Notes under the pieces: model-generated
What the model saw: the letters and a program-made list of their open reading frames with translations, nothing else
The model's database searches: none
Told to the model about the DNA's origin: nothing
Program-made: the position numbers and the translations under genes
In this document: piece by piece, positions 59,946 through 64,000 of the stretch
How the letters are laid out: every line of letters starts with the position of its first letter
Position numbering within the stretch: the first letter of the stretch is position 1
NCBI GenBank assembly: GCA_965204345.1
Contig: OZ241981.1
Span: 1,376,001-1,440,000 of the forward strand
Direction of reading: 5' to 3'
DNA from: Nitrosopumilus sp.
GTDB lineage: Archaea > Thermoproteota > Nitrososphaeria > Nitrososphaerales > Nitrosopumilaceae
Length of the DNA: 64,000 nt

Positions 59946-60926
59946 TTGGATTCTGAGGAGTTTAAAGACCTTAATGTTTTAGTTACGGGAGCCGACGGCT
60001 TCATTCCAGGCCATGTCTGTGAAAGACTAGTTGAGTTAGGTGCAAATGTCACGGGACTGGTCCGAAGAAACTCAAGCAACGTACTAAAGTCAATTCCTCA
60101 CCTTATTGATAAAATTAATTTTAGATGGGGCGATATCACTGATTTGTCGTTACTGGCACGAGAGACCAAAGGGATTGACATCATATATCACTTGGGTGCC
60201 CAGAGCCACGTCCAGTATTCACTGCATAATCCGCTTGAGACATACCAGACCAATGTCATGGGAACAATCAACGTCTTAGAAGCAGCCAGGCTAAATGATG
60301 TAAGGCGCGTGGTTCATGCGGGAAGTTCAGAAGTGTATGGCAAGCCTGAAACGGTTCCAATCACAGAGAACCATCCACTGGCCCCTCGCAGTCCGTATGC
60401 AGCAGGCAAGGTAGCCTCAGACAGGCTCTTGTTCTCTTACTATTGCACGTATGGAATGTCAGTTGTCACATCGAGGTTCTTTGGATATTACGGTCCAAGA
60501 CAGAGCATAGAAAAGGCTATTCCAAAATTCATTTTAAACATTCACAACGGCATTCCTCCTACGGTTTACGGTGACGGCAGTCAGAGTCGTGACCTGATGT
60601 TTGTAACTGATGCTGCTGATGCCTATACGAGGCTGGGTCTGGCCGACAACGTTGATGGCAAGGTGCTCAACGTGGGAACCGGCGTGGAATCTACAATAAA
60701 GGATCTTATCTTGTTGATTTTGAAATTGATGGATTCTAAGCTAGAGCCGGTCTTTACAAAGAACCTTCATCCTGGCGAGGCAGGCAGGCTTATCTCTGAT
60801 CCTACACCTATAATGGAACTCTTGAACTGGAAGCCAAGCATAAGCCTGGAGGAAGGACTCAAGAGAACCATCGATTACTATCTGCAACACACACATCTGT
60901 TCAAACACCTCAATGTCGTAGTATGA
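59946..60926 (+). CDS. NAD-dependent nucleotide-sugar 4,6-dehydratase/epimerase
   Basis: GADGFI, HLGAQSHV, SSEVYG, SPYAAGK, YGPRQ. Confidence 0.9.
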   Translation: MDSEEFKDLNVLVTGADGFIPGHVCERLVELGANVTGLVRRNSSNVLKSIPHLIDKINFRWGDITDLSLLARETKGIDIIYHLGAQSHVQYSLHNPLETYQTNVMGTINVLEAARLNDVRRVVHAGSSEVYGKPETVPITENHPLAPRSPYAAGKVASDRLLFSYYCTYGMSVVTSRFFGYYGPRQSIEKAIPKFILNIHNGIPPTVYGDGSQSRDLMFVTDAADAYTRLGLADNVDGKVLNVGTGVESTIKDLILLILKLMDSKLEPVFTKNLHPGEAGRLISDPTPIMELLNWKPSISLEEGLKRTIDYYLQHTHLFKHLNVVV

Positions 60927-60991
60927 CATGACATGACATGCATGCCCATTGATATTGTTACAATGTCTCAAGTTTGGAACAGTGTACAAAG

Positions 60992-61312
60992 GGTACTGTT
61001 GCGTTCATGAGGGATATGCACGAGAGATAAATTTGAGACATTGTTGAATCTTAGGGTGTTTCCTGATTTTCAATCTGATGTTCATTTAGTGTAGTGAGAT
61101 TGTTTCTCTGACATTGATCAAGGAACTAGAGGAAACAACCACGTCAAAGCAAATCTTGATGATTTTAATATGAACACGGCAAATGCAACGGACAGCTCTG
61201 GTAAATTTCGATGATCTGATCACTGGAATTTATCAGTGCCGTTTGTAGGTCTTGATTAAAACGTGTGCGATCAAACAGATTCGTGTCTATCCCTCATGAA
61301 CGCAACAGTACC
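60992..61312. mobile_element. 321-bp MITE with IS6-family-like ends
   Basis: 25-bp perfect TIR GGTACTGTTGCGTTCATGAGGGATA; 8-bp TSD GTACAAAG at 60984-60991 and 61313-61320. Confidence 0.9.
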
Positions 61313-61354
61313 GTACAAAGAAAAAGTAAATAAACAAGAAAATTTTAGAATCTG

Positions 61355-63976
61355 TTGTTTCTTGTTAGTGGGATAGCACTTGTTTTGTTGGTATTATGTG
61401 CGTTGCCATCAATTGTATTTGCCGAAAATCTTCATGATTTTTATGTTTTCGAGTCTGACAGTGAGAATAAATGTACGTGGGATTCAGAGTCTAGTTTTTT
61501 GGACAAATCTCTGAATATGAATAGTGATGATGATGATGATGATAGCGATTTTACCTATAGTTATTTTTCCAGCAGTGATGCCACAGAAACAGCAGTTCTT
61601 GAGTGCCGTTTTTCCAAGCCTGTGGATCTGTCTACGGGCCAAGGATTACGATTTTGGATGAATCTTGAAAATGTGGCTGGAATAAATAAAAGTACTCCTG
61701 AAGCATGGAGGGCTAATGCATTTTTGATCATGGTTGATGCAAATGATATACAGCGTCTTTTTTGGAATTTGCCACAGTGGTTTGGTTTAGAAGATGGCAC
61801 TTGGGCAAAAGTTATTGTAGATCCCTCCAATTACGTTCAAAATAAACCTGGCTTTGATCCTGGCAATGTCAAGTCTCTTAGAATTACATTTGTAAACGGA
61901 GGGGACTCTTATTCCCAGACCACGCTCATTACAGATGCAGAGGTAGTGCCTGGATTATTTGACAGCAAAATAGGTTCAGACAGGTCGAATTTTAAAAACG
62001 AGATACTGACATCCATGATTGTTTATTTGTCGTCTTCAGTTATTATGGGGTATTTTCTATTAAAAATTATCCGATACAAGCTGAATTTTGGATTTGTAAT
62101 TAATTTTTCCCTGTACTCTGCCTTTGGCTTGGTATTGCTGATTCTTTTGGCGATTTTTCTGGCAATGCTTCACTTTACACAGACTACTGTTCTGACAGCC
62201 TTCTTTTCGTTTATGATGGTTGGCTCTTACTTGATTTTCAGAGACAGAGCTAAAATTCTGTCTGAAATTAAAAATGAAAAAGTTCTTCCAAATCTGATTG
62301 CAGGCATACTCATAATTCTGTCACTGATTCACTTTTTTATAATTGCAGAAAATATGAGCTGGCCGCCGATTCATGATCCGCAATACCATGGTCACGCTTC
62401 GCAATTTATAATGTATCATACGAGTGTGTTTAACAATAATTGGCCATTTTTTGATTTGCCATATGGAATGACAGTTTATCCTCAGGGATTTCATGCTTTG
62501 ACTGCATTTTTTTCTTTGATTACAAACGTCATGCTGCCAATATCCCAATATGCCGTCACAGTAACAATTGTTGCACTCTTGCCGCCCATCTGTTTTTCAA
62601 TAATATACAAAAAAACCAAATCGTATTACTTGGCAAGCATTGCATTTGGAGCATTGTTTTTTATTCCAGGAAATGAAGTAGGTTATTTTATACTATTTCA
62701 TGATGTACTACTTACTCCATTAGAAGGGGGCACTTTTGTATTTGCTACATTTACTTGCATACTTTTGCTTTTTATCAGCATAGTTATTAATAATAAAAAT
62801 AATTCTAATTTTATTATTTATTCGCTATTGTCAGTTGTAATATTTATCACATATGCTGTCATGATCGTTCCCTTTGTTTTGTTTATAATTATTAAATTAA
62901 TACTCTTAAAATCCCCCATAAACTCCAAAACAAATGGACTGCGAGTCGGGAAATTTAAGATAAAAAACTATATGCTTACTTCTTTACGATTGGCGATAAT
63001 TATTTTATTAGTAACATTAGGTGCACCACTGGTTTATTTTGCAGATGAATTGATTCAGGAACATGGTGCTAGGGTCGACTTTTGGTGGATCCTTCTAGAG
63101 GATATGGACATATACAACATAGATTCTATATATTTTCCTTATTTTGTTTTATTACTAGGGGGGGTTCTTTCTGCAATTTGGTTGTTTAAATCCAATCGAG
63201 AGTTTAGTTTATTTTTGATTGTAATGTTTTCCCTAGTGTTTGGAGCAATATCAAATAAAGTAATTTATGAGAATCTTTTCTGGTTTATGTATCCTGTCAG
63301 ACTTGTTTTACTAGGAGCTATCATCTCTCAAATAGGAATAATTTTAGCAGGGGTTGATATTTTTGATAAACTTGTAACTAGGTTTAACAAACGCAAAATT
63401 TCATTACGTTCAAAATCAGTCTTCTCCATAGCGATTTGCTCGTTGGTTTTTATTGCACTAATTCCAAGTCTTGATACTCATATTTCATACGAGTATAAAG
63501 ATAATTTGCTAGGATATTTACCTACAAGCAATGAATTAAAAGTGATGGGTTGGATGAATGACAATCTTGATTCAAATACAACCATCCTTGAGGATAGAAC
63601 TAGTGAAGGAATGTGGCTTTCATCAATAAAGATATTTGATATAACTAATAACAGAGAAATGTGGAGAAAAATAAGCGCCAATGTTGTGCCAGATGATACA
63701 TTTCTAAAAGAGAGAGCATATGAGGCTAACCTTGTATTACACCATCCCGGAGACATGAAAATGATGGAAATATTGGACAAGTATGGTATTGAATATGTGT
63801 TAATTACTGGCGGTGATCCCCAAAACAGACAACAAGCGGCACGACAGCATCTTCTACCAGTATTTCCAGCTCTTCACATAAGTACTTCTGAACGAATAGC
63901 CCTCTTTGAGGATAATCCTCAATTGCAATTAGTCATTAGAGAAGGTGAAGCTGCCTTATTCAAAGTGAAAACATAG
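61355..63976 (+). CDS. GT-C-like membrane glycosyltransferase, copy 3
   Basis: Near-identical to copies 1 and 2. Confidence 0.7.
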   Translation: MFLVSGIALVLLVLCALPSIVFAENLHDFYVFESDSENKCTWDSESSFLDKSLNMNSDDDDDDSDFTYSYFSSSDATETAVLECRFSKPVDLSTGQGLRFWMNLENVAGINKSTPEAWRANAFLIMVDANDIQRLFWNLPQWFGLEDGTWAKVIVDPSNYVQNKPGFDPGNVKSLRITFVNGGDSYSQTTLITDAEVVPGLFDSKIGSDRSNFKNEILTSMIVYLSSSVIMGYFLLKIIRYKLNFGFVINFSLYSAFGLVLLILLAIFLAMLHFTQTTVLTAFFSFMMVGSYLIFRDRAKILSEIKNEKVLPNLIAGILIILSLIHFFIIAENMSWPPIHDPQYHGHASQFIMYHTSVFNNNWPFFDLPYGMTVYPQGFHALTAFFSLITNVMLPISQYAVTVTIVALLPPICFSIIYKKTKSYYLASIAFGALFFIPGNEVGYFILFHDVLLTPLEGGTFVFATFTCILLLFISIVINNKNNSNFIIYSLLSVVIFITYAVMIVPFVLFIIIKLILLKSPINSKTNGLRVGKFKIKNYMLTSLRLAIIILLVTLGAPLVYFADELIQEHGARVDFWWILLEDMDIYNIDSIYFPYFVLLLGGVLSAIWLFKSNREFSLFLIVMFSLVFGAISNKVIYENLFWFMYPVRLVLLGAIISQIGIILAGVDIFDKLVTRFNKRKISLRSKSVFSIAICSLVFIALIPSLDTHISYEYKDNLLGYLPTSNELKVMGWMNDNLDSNTTILEDRTSEGMWLSSIKIFDITNNREMWRKISANVVPDDTFLKERAYEANLVLHHPGDMKMMEILDKYGIEYVLITGGDPQNRQQAARQHLLPVFPALHISTSERIALFEDNPQLQLVIREGEAALFKVKT

Positions 63977-64000
63977 ACACAGCAGTAAATGAAATGTAAT

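Overview
AT-rich archaeal DNA, most likely from a Nitrosopumilaceae-type thaumarchaeote (inferred from protein style, a CCA-less tRNA with a TATA box, and cupredoxin/PEFG-like surface proteins). It has four parts. (1) 1-7.3 kb: the 3' end of a type ISP restriction-modification gene, core genes (methyltransferase, ilvE, aspartate kinase, GT28) and tRNA-Val(TAC). (2) 7.3-19.5 kb: an accessory region with two degenerate copies of the tRNA 3' end, containing defence- and mobilome-like genes (Panacea/YwgA-like, degenerate MCM-like, TGT-fold, DUF2130, HAD, Mrr_N-HNH). (3) 19.5-64 kb: a surface-glycan locus built from nested inverted and tandem duplications, with six decayed IS481-family copies and one IS6-type MITE. 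It holds three mosaic GT-C-like genes, two GT4 paralogs differing mostly in short patches, a tandemly amplified hddA-gmhA-gmhB cassette, gmd/fcl, a sulfotransferase and a 1.7k-aa repeat surface protein. (4) The most unusual signal: at least eight scattered sites where about 35-39 bp of host DNA is duplicated around a unique insert of about 32-36 bp (one outlier is 30+45 bp). This is CRISPR repeat-spacer-repeat geometry, but the repeats are ordinary host sequence. For five sites the uninserted allele is visible in a paralog within this window, suggesting pervasive ectopic spacer-like integration. All coordinates were read by eye and no searches were run.
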